A DNA stretch of 60,407 nucleotides, counting the filler, from Ionaspis alba (lineage: Eukaryota): NCBI GenBank assembly GCA_964255285.1. It is 2 parts of 2 records of this genome, joined end to end, with 100 filler letters (N's around TTAATTAATTAA, not from the genome) between each part and the next. Parts side by side here need not be neighbours in the genome. Positions count along the whole stretch, not along the records: positions 30,327 to 60,407 come from CAXUUL010000117.1; 1 more part is not named here. One strand, written 5' to 3'. Made by a program: the position numbers and the translations under genes. How positions within the stretch are numbered: the stretch's first letter is position 1; each line of letters opens with the position of its first letter. Below, piece by piece: positions 36,640 through 50,139 of this stretch. Below the pieces are notes generated by a model. That model ran no database searches and was not told the origin of the DNA. It saw only the letters and a list, made by a program, of their open reading frames with translations.

Positions 36640-39359
36640 CTAGTAGACGGCAGTTTCCATCTCGAGTTCTTGCGGCTGGGAGGCCATGGTGGGAGTGCTG
36701 GCGCTGGAGCCGGAGGCGATGGCGTCTTCGTAGCCGATGAGGGCTTGGGAGTGGAGTTTGAAGGATTCGCCCATGAGTTTCGTGATGCTGTGACGAAGAT
36801 TAGCCAAAGTAGATATTTCGTGGGAAGGAATGTACGAGATGGACTCACCCCCATACGACGACATCATCGAGCATTTGACCCCACAATCGAGCGACGGTCG
36901 AGCTGAGTTTCGAGGTGCTCAGATCGAGGGAGTCGTCGTCGAAGAGGTTTCGGACCTTGTTGTACATGGCCATTTCTTCCTCGTCGGCAGTTTCTTCATC
37001 GTGTTCGAGACGGTAGAGCCAGAGACTGAGGATGACGACGAGGTCGAGTCCACAGAGTGGATGTTCGACACTCCAATTTGTCGCGCACGTCCGCCCGATC
37101 CATTTGATTCCTTGCAAGGCGACTATCTCGATGCAGTCGACGCATTCCTGGATGACCTTGATCATCTCTTGCGATCTCTTGACCTTATCCCTGGCATTCG
37201 TCATCGCAGCCGCTACTTCGTAGGATTCATGGTAGCGCAAAGCTTCTTGAATTGATTTGAGATCGACCTCCAGCCGAGCTCTTGTGTTGCGATACACAGC
37301 CTTTGCGTTGAATATGAGTGGATGTCCATCATGAGGTGCACTGAGTGGAACAACAATCGTCTCTGGCTCGCACAAGTCTAACGACTTCTGCCAGGTGTCA
37401 AGTGCCAGACGGAGCTTGTATTCCGTGACCACGTCTTGAAGCGCCTCGAAACTACGTTTGTGGAACCAGACTTCGAGGAACAAGGCATTGATCATCACTC
37501 GTGTTGCGAAAGCACTGTATCGAGCAGCTTCTCCTTGGAACAAGCTGTCGTGGGCTTCTCGAACAGTGACATGAGTTGATGCTGCCAGGCTGTCTTGCCA
37601 TGATTCTTCATCCGAGAACTCTAGATTCCAGAGTGATTCCGACGAAGGTAGTTCCAAGGTGTCGAACTCGTTGAAAGAGATGGCAGGGGTGTGGTTGTAG
37701 GTCAGAGTAAGCATGCCGAAGAAGATATATACCGCGTAATAAGTACGTCTGCAGCCTTCATCTTCGACCCATTCCTCGTGGGTTGGCTGGGCACCTTCTC
37801 GCGCCTCCGTGCGATGTTTCAGCTCATATCTGTTCCCAGATACCATCTTAGAAGAATTAGCATGTTGAGCCATTAGAGTAAACCAATCATGACTTACATT
37901 GGCGAGTAGACTCTTTATCGAACAAGCCCATTCCAATCCTTTAGCATCACCGCTCCAGCTAGCAAAGATCATGTTAAGTAGTGTGCTCTGCATCATCCAC
38001 AACGGACACTTGCGGGAGCTAAATGATTCTTTGTTCTGCAGAAACTGATTCACTAGCACCTTTGAACCAATGTGAAGCATGTAAGCTTGATCTTGGTTAA
38101 AGTTGTACAATGCCCCAATAGAGAGTACAGCTAATAAGATCGGAGGTGGGACTTCAGATGGCTTGAATGATTCGGGATGCAGGAATGGTAGATGATGGTG
38201 GAAGAGGTTGAAGAAGGACGAAAGGAAGTTGTTGATATCTGTTCTGTTTTGCAACGAGAAATTTGGCTGGATAGATCGGCCTGTATCCCAGTCCTTGATG
38301 GTCGCAACAATCTTGTCGTACTCTTCATCCGTTTGAACTTGAGGCGCTTTCGGCGAGGTAAGCGCTTGGCTTGGACCAGGTGACCGTCTGTAATTGACGG
38401 GCGACACAGGACCCATCATGTAAGGGTAGGGAGAGAGGCCGTTGCCATTTGGAGTGGCAGAGCCGGAGACAGGCATCGAGCTATTCATCGACTGAAGGGC
38501 GGGAGCGAGGGCGTCGCCGGCCGAAGGGAATCTCTCCATGAGCGGAGGAAGCTGGTTCGGATTAGGTTGGACAGTACTTGCACTGATAAAAGAAAGTTGG
38601 GAGAGTTGAGAGTCTTGAGAGCCAGACAGGCTCGAAGAGATGGAATGAGCTTTGGGTTCAATTACCGAATGTGACATGAAATCCCAAGGCAGCTGCGTCA
38701 GCGGCACCGGATTCGAGAGATAGGGCACGGAAGAGTCGAACATGGTGGCGTGATCGGGCGAGTAGGGTGTTGAAGTCTCCTCAGCGTCTGCTTCGTGGTT
38801 GGCCATGGCGGCAGCGGTAGCTTTGTGATGGAGGTCGGTTATCAACATTGCAGCAGTTTCGAGATCGAAATTACCCTCACTGCTTGCTTCCATCTGCTCC
38901 ATCGTCGCTGCATCCAATTCCACGGATGCTTTGGAAGGGCCCGCAATCGCGGTCGTCTTTGCGCCCGACCGTCTCTTGACTTCGCTGACGAGAGGAATTC
39001 CACCATCTTTGGCATGGACGGTCCGGTCGTGTCGCAGCAGCAGATCGCGACGGACGAAGGTGCTTCGGCATTTCTGGCATTTGAAGGGACGTTCTTTCGT
39101 GTCTGTGAAGTTGGAAGGACGTGGGTCAGCCATGGAGCGAAATCGACCCCGCCACGAGCGCATGCACTTTCCATCGCTCTACCCCACGTCGACTAAGGGA
39201 GTAAATAAACTTACGCGATCTCTCGTGTCTGCTACGGTGTTCGCTCCGACTGAACGCTCGATTGCAGAACTGGCACTTGTATTTCTTCTCGGGCGCAGTC
39301 GCCATCTTCTTGGCTGGTGCTGAGCCCGAGGCGGTCGAGGTTGCTGCAGCAGCGGGCAT
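36640..39359 (-). CDS. amdA: C2H2 zinc-finger transcription factor with fungal-specific TF domain, AmdA-type, 4 exons
   Basis: YKCQFCNRAFSRSEHRSRHERS^HTKERPFKCQKCRSTFVRRDLLLRHDRTVH, then the Fungal_trans region FHHHLPFLH...WVEDEGCRRTYY...LPSSESLW. The last exon is GITKLMGESFKLHSQAL...ETAVY*. The symbol is assigned from recalled similarity. Confidence 0.85.
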
Positions 39360-41745
39360 GGCGGCTAGCGATGGGATGAGGTGAAGAAGAAGTGGATGGT
39401 TGAATATCGTCCTTCTAAATCACTGCAAATTGAAGCCGATGAAGATGCGGGGGAAGGGCGAAGAGGATGATGGTCATGGAGGGGATGAGGCAAAGCTGAG
39501 GCGCTGAGTTTGGGCGGTGGGCAAAGTAGGACTGAGAAACCTCGGACTAGGAGGGCTTTCGGAGCTAGGAGTCCTCGCGTAATTATTGTCACCAAATGAA
39601 CGGTGAGGAGCTGCTTCAGTAAGGATATTAGGGATTTGTCGATGCTATTGTGCAGTCGAAAATACACACAGCAACTGTCGCTGAGGCGGGTATAGTGGTA
39701 CAGAATCCGTGGATGATTTTTTTGGGTGATGGATCATGGAGGGGAAGAGTGAGAAAAAAGGAGGGGCCAGCTCCTGAAGATTGGCGAAATATTGGAAAGG
39801 GGGGAGAAATGGGGGGGAAGGAGGGAGGGAATCCGAGTCAAGTCCACCCACCCCCCCGCGGGAAGCCATCCGCCAAAAAAGCAGCTCTGGACTGCCACCA
39901 TGGGGCAAACATGGAGGTCAACGTGGCTGAAGGACATAAATAGGACATTAGCAGCCATTATGTTTTTGTGCACTGCATCTACTATACTCGAAGGATCACT
40001 TCGTGAAGGTTCCCTATCGATGCGTTGTTCACCATTCTCTGGTGCCTGACGGACTTGTTTATTGAATTGGGACATCTCCTCGTCATCATTCTTTTCCCTG
40101 CTTCTTCTATGGCTTGCCACCTTAGCTTTTCGGACCCTTTTCAGAGAAGGCAAAGGCCGTATATGTCGTGGAATACTAATAGCAGTGTAGGTCGGTTCCG
40201 TGTGTCCTCTGATTCGCTATCCACATGAGATCTGATTCGCAGCTGCGATAGAGACTCTCCTGTCAGCACTAATCGAGCACTATTGTTCTCCACTGTTCTT
40301 CCAACTTCGCTATGGTCTTGCTTTGCCATAGCACAGCAGTAGGGGCTCCGGGTGTATGAAGCTTCGTTGCTCCTTCACACTACTTCCCCAACGGGCGGTG
40401 TGGAGTGGCCATATGTCGTGTGCTCCTCCATTGCCTTGACCGGCTTCTAAGGAAAGACAGCAGGCGCTCCCAATTACCGTGCATATACTTTTATGCGCTG
40501 CTGAGCCACACCCCGAACGCCCCTCGTTAAAGGGCGCCGCTTTTGCATCTCCAGCACCAATTTCCAGCTGATTGGCCTTTGCTCCCAGCAACCCCGGACT
40601 CCATTTGTTGCGGTCCGAGCCAGGTGATTGCTATGCCAGCGTTATGACAGGTAGGGCCGCAAACAAAGCGTCATGGAAAGTGTTGCTGTCGTTATAATTT
40701 GTGACCAATCTCTTCCCATTCCACCTTCCCCTCCCCAAGACAGTGGTCGGGAGGTCTGATCGTCAGTTTGATGGCTTGTTCCTGGCAATGGAAATGACCC
40801 GGACAGTTTTGAGATGGTTGAACCTCTCCCAAGAAGTGTTAAGCAAGGCCCACTACCTTGCTTTAAGGCCGATCGTCCAGTACCTAAACCGACTTCCCCG
40901 GACGCACCAAGCAAGCGGACCAGAATTCTAAAATGCCATTCCTTTTAGCTGCTTGGGCTCCCCATGTCACTCGCGTGGCTTCCCATTCCATGGAGCCGGC
41001 ACTACTCGTACTGCAATACGTATGCCAATTCCGAAAGAATCGCCGTATCAGACCCGAGTGGGGACTCGTCGTCATGGCAGACAAGGGAATGGGCTTGTTC
41101 TGGGATCAGCGACAGCAAAATTTGTTGGACAACGATGCTGGATCAGACTCTCGAAGCTCTGTCACACCTCACCGATCTCAACGACGATGAGAGGAATCTG
41201 GGTATGGATGTGATAGGCGATATACGATGCACAGGAATCCCACAAGAATCCTTAGCAACCGTTCCAATGATCGTGGCCTCAATCCGGACTGCGCGCTTCG
41301 CAACAACACCAATGATGCATCATGGAATCGTGGAATGCCCTCCAATTTCTACTTTATCTGCATTGTTATGCGCCATTGGCTGCTTTTCTGCGACTACACT
41401 TTTAGCTTTCCAAGTTGATTAATGATTGCCATGGTTTGGGTTGAGCAATGACCTTCGTCTCCCTTCGAGTACAGCTCCACAAGTAAACTCCCCCTTCCAA
41501 TGATGCAGTCCACCCTCAAAGCTTCGAACGCCCTGAACCCTAAGACAAGACTATGGAATGGATGGAGCACTCGACCCCTCCTCCGGCAGCGATAGGACGT
41601 TCCCGCTTGCGAACCGCCCCTTGTAAAGCCGTGCCATGTCAACCACATGGTTGGTCTGAGGGTACCTGACTCTTGGTCCTTTGGTCAGCGGCGGAGATTA
41701 CGCTTCAATTGGCAATTTGATCCTCTTTAGGTCCTTCGAGAAGCA

Positions 41746-41845
41746 NNNNNNNNNNNNNNNNNNNNNNNNNNNNNNNNNNNNNNNNNNNNNNNNNNNNNNN
41801 NNNNNNNNNNNNNNNNNNNNNNNNNNNNNNNNNNNNNNNNNNNNN
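41746..41845. other. 100-N scaffold gap
   Basis: Run of exactly 100 N. Confidence 0.95.
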
Positions 41846-43504
41846 TTGAAAACAGGCTGACAGACTTGTTTGATCGCCAGAAAGTGCTATCGCAAGTGAG
41901 TTTTGCTTCTTTCCCGCAGCCTCTTGAGAGATATCAGCACTGTCCTTCTCGAGCAAGCTATATGATGCCATCCGACGACAATTAGATCGCAGAGATAAGA
42001 CAGCAAGACTCGCCGATCACAGACGAACTGCACTTGCATGAACCCTACCTCGTAGCTGGGAGCAGTCGTTCCTGTATCAATTCCTGTTACCCAGGATATA
42101 TCGAGATTCGTCTCAAAGCTGTGTCGTAAGAGTCGTACCACGATAATGCCACGAGAATGTCGTTTCTGTTCCAGGCATGCAGCAGTGTTCTACCCTTGTC
42201 CTGAACGATTCGGGACCTCCGGCGATGTTCTCATTGGAAGACTGGAGTTCTTGGGAATCCCAAAGCGTGTACCTTGTAGAGACAAAGCTCGTTACCATTG
42301 CGAAGGTGCCCAATCGTGAGGGGAAACAGCTCTACCCGAGGCAGTGACTTCGTTGGGGGTTTTTAGGATCAATATTCCTACATGGCAAAGGCTAGGAAGA
42401 CCCCTACATTCTTTCTCCCAGAACAAAAGAACGTTGCACAGAATCAGCCAGCTATGTTCAGCTACCGAATACAGCATCATTGCTCCGTGAGTTGTACATA
42501 CTTCCTCCGCGGCCAATGCCAAAGGTTATCTCTGCGTATAGATTAGAGGAGCGATTGCGTACTCTGTACTGAGGGCGGCCCGCTATCAACGAAATTGGGG
42601 CCCGTGAGGGCTGTGGGGGCCCCTATCAACGGGCTGCCATGATAATCATCTTTATTGAGTAGATCAATGTATCTCGGGGAAATACAGACCATACACTCTG
42701 GCGCTGGTATAGAGAAAACATGTAATCGATCCTACACTTTTGATCTCGAGCACACATAGTTCCGATATCAAGCCAGAAAATTCTCCGCATGGAGTACCTA
42801 GACCCTGAACTCCGGGGTACCCCTAACCTGCCTAAGAGGCTGGCCGCCAACGAGGTAGAGGGCTTTTCTCCTCAGCCAATCCGCCTTGCTCGCAACTGCA
42901 TCTGGCTTTCTTATTCCTCCCAGTGTCACGCATATACGATTGCAAAGGAACGCACGATTGCAGTCCCGCATAGTATTGCTGTGCTGCAACCGTACAGGCT
43001 CGTGGAGTGATAGCAGCAATCGGAGACTGCCTCGCATCGCATCCTGCAAACTGCAAGCCGTTAATTATATCGATTTTCGCCCCTCCATCCGCCCTTCTGA
43101 ACCGAGACTGATCGACCGTCCATCACTTACATTTATGACCTGGAACATTTATTGACTGGATTTCGAACTCTGAGGCTGCTGAAGTCGAAGCCTCAGTCAT
43201 TCGATCCACTAGTAGCACACTATTGCTTGCAGCAAGGCCGTCCCATCGGTCGTCAAATCAGCGTAAGCTCGCTGCGTACAACCATTACCGACAGCTGACA
43301 CTGGCGCTTGCTGACCATTAAGGACGCAGCCTCGCTGAGAGCCTACAGCTCTACTTGCTTATTGGATCCCCTCACAACACCCGTCCTCTCCCTTTATCGA
43401 TACCTTCGGAGATCCAGTGCATCGTCCCTTTCCACGACCTCCTTCAGCTTGATTATGCGACACCCCACCACACGTCCTCAGCACCTCTTTCAGCTTTATA
43501 CTTC

Positions 43505-46500
43505 ATGATGTATACCAAAAGAGCTACTCCGTTAACGATAAACACGACATCTTCAAAATCCGCCGATGGTAAGCCAATCTTCGCAGCTGCGACTTTTCGC
43601 TACACGGAACAGTCAGTCACACCGGCTTCGCGCAGGCGGTCCTCCGTCAACCGTCCAGAGAGTCGACAGACTTCTCGTGGACAATCATCACAAGGACGAC
43701 AACGGAACGCTTCTCAAACTCCATCGATGAGCGCATATCCCGGGAGCACGGCGTCACCGCCGGGCATGTACGTTCGAGCTCTCTACGACTACGAAGCCGA
43801 TGATCGAACGAGTCTCAGTTTTCGCGAAGGCGATCTCATACAAGTTATTACGCAGCTGGAAAGTGGGTGGTGGGATGGGATCATCAACGGTGTGCGAGGC
43901 TGGTTTCCTAGCAACTACTGTGTTGTCGTCTCAAGTCCGATGGATCGTGGAAACAGTGAACAGTCTGCCGCTCCTGGTGAGGATATTTCGGGTGAATCAG
44001 GCACAGAAAGTGAATACGAAGACGACGAGAGAGGGGCAGGTACCCGGACAACTCATGTCAATGGTGGTTCTGGAGCTCCGACCAATAAGTCACAGGATGA
44101 GGAACAAGAAGAGGCAGCGTTCTGGATACCACAAGCTACACAGGATGGAAGGCTCTTCTATTTCAACACCCTGACTGGCGTGTCAACAATGGAACTACCT
44201 CTGGAAACACCCACATCGGCCAACGAGACTGGACCAAAAGACCGCATGAACATTCGTGCTCCCGACACGACAAGACCACCACCAGAGCTGATGGCTGGTG
44301 GAGTTGTTCATGACGAGGATGAGGACGGTACTTCTGCCTCGGAAGCTGAGGGTGAGCGTACTGCACTTTCATCCCGAAGAGCACGTCCACGTTCGTACAT
44401 ATCTGAGGGAGTCTCACCCGCGGGTTCGATGGATTCGCTCAACGCGTCGCCTGCATCCCGTAGTCAACACGACTCCGGAGAGCCTCGCAATCCAGTCCAG
44501 GCGCCGAAGTCAGCTCCGGCCGTTGGCATCAACTCTACCTCATATACTGCCAACTTGCTTTCGAATTACGGTAACTCCACTGTTCCACGCGCTTTCTACG
44601 ACGATGGCATGTCACCACCACTGACCTGGAATCGCTTGGTGGAGAACATGCGGAAATCTGTCGACTCGTATAGGCTGGCGATCAACAACGCGGATCGATC
44701 GGAGTACGTCAGCCGGGCTGAGGATATCTCGGATCATTTGCGCATGTTACTCGCTGCCGGTTCTGGTACAACTGACAATCATTTCGGCAATCCTTCAGTC
44801 ATATCAACGAACAAGGCTCTCTATCCTCACTTCCGAGATATGATGTCGAGATTCTCGAAGCTGGTACTATCCTCCCACATTGCAGCCGCAGATTGGCCTG
44901 CAGCAGATTCCTACTCTAAGTGTCTTCAAGAAAGCGAGGGCGTTCTGCAAGGCGTATATGGCTATGTGGAGGTTGCAAGAGCTCAACGTGGCGAGGAGAT
45001 CCCACGATTGGTACCTGGTTTCGTCCTCGGGAGTCCTACTGGCGGCAGCTGGCAAAATAACAATCTTGGTCCGCACGATCCGATGGCCTCCACTTCATTC
45101 GTAGATCAGGATGAATATGATGCCAATGTCGAACCTTCAGCAAAGCTGGATTCCACGCTTCTTGAAAGAATGGACGACCTGAAGAGGATGATTGTCTCTA
45201 GCATTCGCCGACTCGACGAGAATCTCGTCGTCACTGAAAAGATTGTCACTCCCATGCGCCATGAACAAATAAGCACTGCCATTTGTACTGCTGCAGCGAA
45301 AGTTGTGGAGTATTTCCGGCCTTATATTGCGACAGTCGAGTCGATCAACCTTGCTCCATTGATCTCTACTTTTCAGAATCCACAATTGACTGACTTTGCA
45401 ACACAAAAGCAACGACTTTACGACACAATAGCTAACCTTGTGCTAGCGAGTCAGATTGTTGCAGGACCATTGAGTGATGAATGGGCCGATGTCAGAGGAG
45501 AACCATTGGAAAATCGTGTTCAGGACGTGAGAAACGTCACCAAACAACTCGAGACGTTAGTTTCGCAAGTTGGATTCTCTTTACAGTTACTTCTGGAGAA
45601 CATGCCTCAGGAAACTTCCTTGCTTCCAGGGGATCCGGCAAAACGTGAAGTCCATCGGAAAACTGACGGTGGTGCGAGCTATGAGCCAGCACAACTGCGT
45701 GACTTTGCAAAAACTGTGACGCGACCACAACTAGCGGACATCGGACAGTCACAGTCATACTCGGAGGGGATTGATCCTGCGAACGAAAACTACCGCACAG
45801 AGAACTCAAAGGTGAAGAAGTTTTTTGGCGAAGTGCCTGCTCCTGCCATGCCCAATCGGGAGTCAGACGATGTTCCGCCATATCTGAGGCTGGACCATGA
45901 GGGTGAAATAGCTTTTGACTTCAATGTCAATCCTCCACAACTACGTGGTGGAACCTTGACCGCGCTGGTTGAGCAGTTGACTCGACATGATCGATTGGAT
46001 GCTCCCTTCAACAACACCTTTCTCCTCACTTACCGCTCTTTCACTACCGCTACGGAATTGTTTGAGATGTTGGTCAAACGATTCAGCATTCAGCCGCCTC
46101 GTGGCATAACACAGGACGAATATCAGATGTGGGTGGATAGGAAACAGAAGCCGATTCGAATCCGAGTCGTCAACATCTTGAAGAGTTGGTTTGACAATTA
46201 CTGGATGGAGAACAACGACGAAACCAGCAATAATCTCTTGCGAAGAGTCTATTCCTTTGCAAAAGATTCCATCGCCACGACAAGTACACCTGGATCTGGC
46301 CCACTAATGACGGTTGTAGAACAACGACTGCGTGGTCAAGATCCGACCGTAAGGAAATTGATCCTTACCGTGAACACTTCTACTCCTCAGCCCATCATGC
46401 CCAAAAACATGAAGAAACTGAAGTTCCTTGATATCGACGTGACCGAATTTGCAAGGCAATTGACAATCATCGAGTCAAGACTTTACGGCAAGATCAAACC

Positions 46501-47728
46501 AACCGAGTGTCTCAATAAGACGTGGCAGAAGAAGCTTGCTCCAGATGAGCCCGAACCTGCACCCAACGTCAAGGCTTTGATCTTGCACTCCAATCAATTG
46601 ACCAACTGGGTTGCTGAGATGATTTTGACACAATCCGATGTCAAGAAACGGGTTGTGGTGATCAAGCATTTTGTCTCCGTTGCAGATGTGAGTCCAACCA
46701 TGTTATTGCGACATCTTCAGCAATACTGACCGCTACAGAAATGCCGAACTCTCAACAATTTCTCCACCCTGACATCCATCATGTCAGCCCTCGGCACCGC
46801 TCCCATACTACGTCTGAGTCGGACTTGGGCACAGGTCAATGCTCGGACATCCACCGTCCTTGAGAACATGCGCCGGCTTATGGGCAGCACGAAGAACTTT
46901 GGCGAATATCGAGAAACTTTGCATCTCGCCAATCCACCGTGTATTCCATTCTTCGGTACTTACCCGTAGTATCCATTTTACAAAGCTCCAAGACTAATCA
47001 CACTCAACTACAGGCATCTACCTCACCGATCTGACCTTCATCGAAGACGGAATCTCCTCGGTGCTCAAACGCTCGAATCTCATCAACTTCGCCAAACGAG
47101 CCAAGACCGCCGAAGTCATCAGCGACATCCAACAATACCAAAACGTGCCTTACCCTCTCCAGCCAGTTCCCGAGCTACAGGACTACATTCTCACGAACAT
47201 GCAAGCCGCAAGCGACGTGCACGAAATGTATGACAGGAGTCTGGCGGTCGAGCCGCGAGAGCGCGAGGACGAGAAAATCGCGAGGTACAAAACTCCCTTC
47301 TTCCTAGTCGCTCCCTTGAAACCTCTTCCGCCTGTTTGCTCGTTCGTGACGGAGGGTATGATTATGGAAGCGCACTGTCTTGGTTACTATCGGTAGTATT
47401 TCTGCTGTCCAGAAAGTGGTGGTCTGGTTTCTTTTGTCTCTACAGAGTTAGGGAGTTTCCTTCGACACGAACGGGTATATGCATCAACTGTCCCAATCAT
47501 ATCTATTTACACCATGTTGTATGCCTCCCACAACGGGTGTCCAGGAAGCCTTGCTTTACTTGCTGCGATCTATGGCTACCTACATCTGTGCCTTATTCTT
47601 GTACTATAAGCGCGTCTGTTCCACCCCTGTTGGTGCATATCAGCCAGGATTACACTTATTTTTTGATTAAACATCATGCTGACTAGTCGCTTCCATGCAG
47701 GTTGCTGTCAGAATCCGGCTTTCTTTGA
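43505..47728 (+). CDS. CDC25: Ras guanine-nucleotide exchange factor Cdc25 (SH3, WW-like, RasGEF_N, RasGEF)
   Basis: SH3 (YVRALYDY...GWWDG...RGWFPSNY) and WW-like (FWIPQ...FYFNTLTG). REM region GGTLTALVEQLT...FLLTYRSF, then EFARQLT, LNNFSTL and PPCIPFFGIYLTDLTFIEDG. The terminal exon gives EKIARLLSESGFL* (47701-47728). Confidence 0.96.
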
Positions 47729-50139
47729 CGAATCGCTCAGAGCTGTGAGAAGCGATCCCACAAATCGTGGTGCTATATTCGCCTTTGTGGAGTACGTGTA
47801 TGCTCGAATGCGGCAACCAACTTCAAACACGAAATATGTATCTGAGCCTCGGTTCTTCATGACTTCACAACAACCGATACTTGCAATTGCGTCGCGATTC
47901 TTGGCTTGGCCTTGCATTCCGAGCCCGCCGCCCCTCGCTTCACGCTCGGCGTGCTCGGCAAGCTGTGAGCGCTGGTCGCATTGATTCGGTATTGGGTATC
48001 ATTACGCACAGCGGCGCTTGGAGAAGATGTGGCTCGGAATACCAAGTGCAGAGGCGCGCGATTGTGCAATTCGGATTGGACAGGCCGAGCCGAGAAGGGA
48101 CGGAGCATGGAGACATTGCCTTTTGGCCTACGAATGTTACGAGCGAGGAGAATTTTGGATATGGATGGGGTTTGGATCTGGGACATGTTGATGGTCCTGG
48201 ATATAATGAATCTGCATTTGGGAAGACTTGCTTGGTCACGATGGAATGTATGGGAGCTTGGTATGGGAGGATGAGATTTACGATGGCTTGGATGGATGGC
48301 CACTGCTGTTGGAAAGGCAATTGAGGGTTATGATAGGACAAGGCTTTTGGGTAAATCGAGGTGGGAAGGATGAATTCAATCTTCGAGGAGCGTTTTGTGT
48401 CTTAGATTTTCTTGTGGAGAAGGCTTAAGTAACATTTGCGTCTCATATTCTTTTTCCGCTTTTAGCTTGAAAATGCTTGGATGCGGGTCTGCCTCTGCTC
48501 GATAATCTATTTACGCAGTATTACCTCTCATAATTGCTTGGAGTGCCAACACATTGTCGGTGTGTAGGACCTGAGCATCGGACAAGTAGATGACGCGTAC
48601 CTCTCATTGTTAAGCCTCTGGTGTTTCCATGTTTGAGTCTGCTTTGTGCTCGTTCAATTTCCCCGCATCTTTTGCTGACACTGTTGAATACCATTGAGGA
48701 CCTAAGTGAATGATGGAGGATCACGGCTGAGTTACAATTGGATGTCTCTGGCGGTCCAGGAGATTCCAGGCTTGGCCTTTGCCGTTGAAACAGCTGTAAG
48801 AGCTCTCGTAGAATTGAAAGAGAGGAAGAAAACACTCTCAATCCATCGCACTGGCCATTGGATGACAGACTTGGACATCAGATGGGCGGATATCAAACGT
48901 CGTATGTCTTTGAGTCAGACAGCTAGCCGCAAAGAGCGACAAACTCGTGGCAGGTACCATGTGGTGATCCGATAAGGACGCTGGGGCTGTAAGACAGCTT
49001 TGCCAGTAATGTTATGAAGAGGACTGTCCAATCGTAAGAGGGTCCGGATACCTGTCGGCCAATCATAGGCCCGATCCTAGCTCCCGCATGCGAGACAACA
49101 GACCTCGCAGGTTGTTTATGTGCCCCCAGTCGACACTGTGGCCGAGATCAAACGAGTCCTGCTGCCATTGCGTTTGCTCTCAAGCGGTTTTTCAGTAGGT
49201 ATTTCCGCAACAAGTTGACTTTTTGTCAATGTAGCAAGCGATTAATTGATGCTGAGATGCAGTAAGCGACGAGATGAATCGAGACCACGGCTATCTGTCT
49301 CTGCATTCTGCATCGGCCTTAAGGAGGCCAGATTCTGGGTTGGGCTCACCGGGCTTCAGATATCAGACAAAATTCGAGAGACGATCCCTTACTTGTCGCG
49401 AAGAGTACTTTGAGCCTTCGATGCACCTTTCTAGCCATTGCCTTTGTATATGCTGCTTTCCTAGCTCTTCCTGTGTTTTGTCGATTTTACCTGTAGCCGA
49501 TACAGATTCATGCAAGGGTTGAATTGCGCCTGCGTCTTCCCAGCGCTAGCTCTGCTTTTGTATCCCTTACCGAACTAGCCGAGTATCAATCTGATCTGTC
49601 ATATCAATACACCAATCAACACCTCCTTGCTGTGGAATGCCACATGTTTGTACAGACGATAGCAAGCCGTTGAAAGAAAGATGGCTCCCATTTTTCCTCT
49701 CCTTATCCGCGTCAATTTCCTTCCGTTGTTTCCCCAGAGTTTTCTGAGACATCAGCGAGTGCCCACAATATATGATTTGAAAGCAGGGGTTTGAAAACAA
49801 TATATACTCACTGGTCGAGCTGCATCAACATGCCGATTAACGTCCAGTATGCTTTTGCTAACCCCTAGGTTGAATATTTATGACCATCTCCAATTCTCGG
49901 AAGTACCGCTGTGCTGCAGAGCCGTCGGTTCTGCATTGGCTGGCAGAACAGACCACGCTCGAAGAAAGAGCTCCCAAATCGAAGCAGAAAATCGTGGTTC
50001 GCGTCCACGAGAATCGCGGTGGCAGAAGCCCTGATGAAATTTCACGATTTCTGGTTCCAAAAACCACCTCAAGGTACCCACTCTCAACCATCAACCACAG
50101 CAGCAAATTCTCTCTAACGAACACCCAAACCAGACTAAA

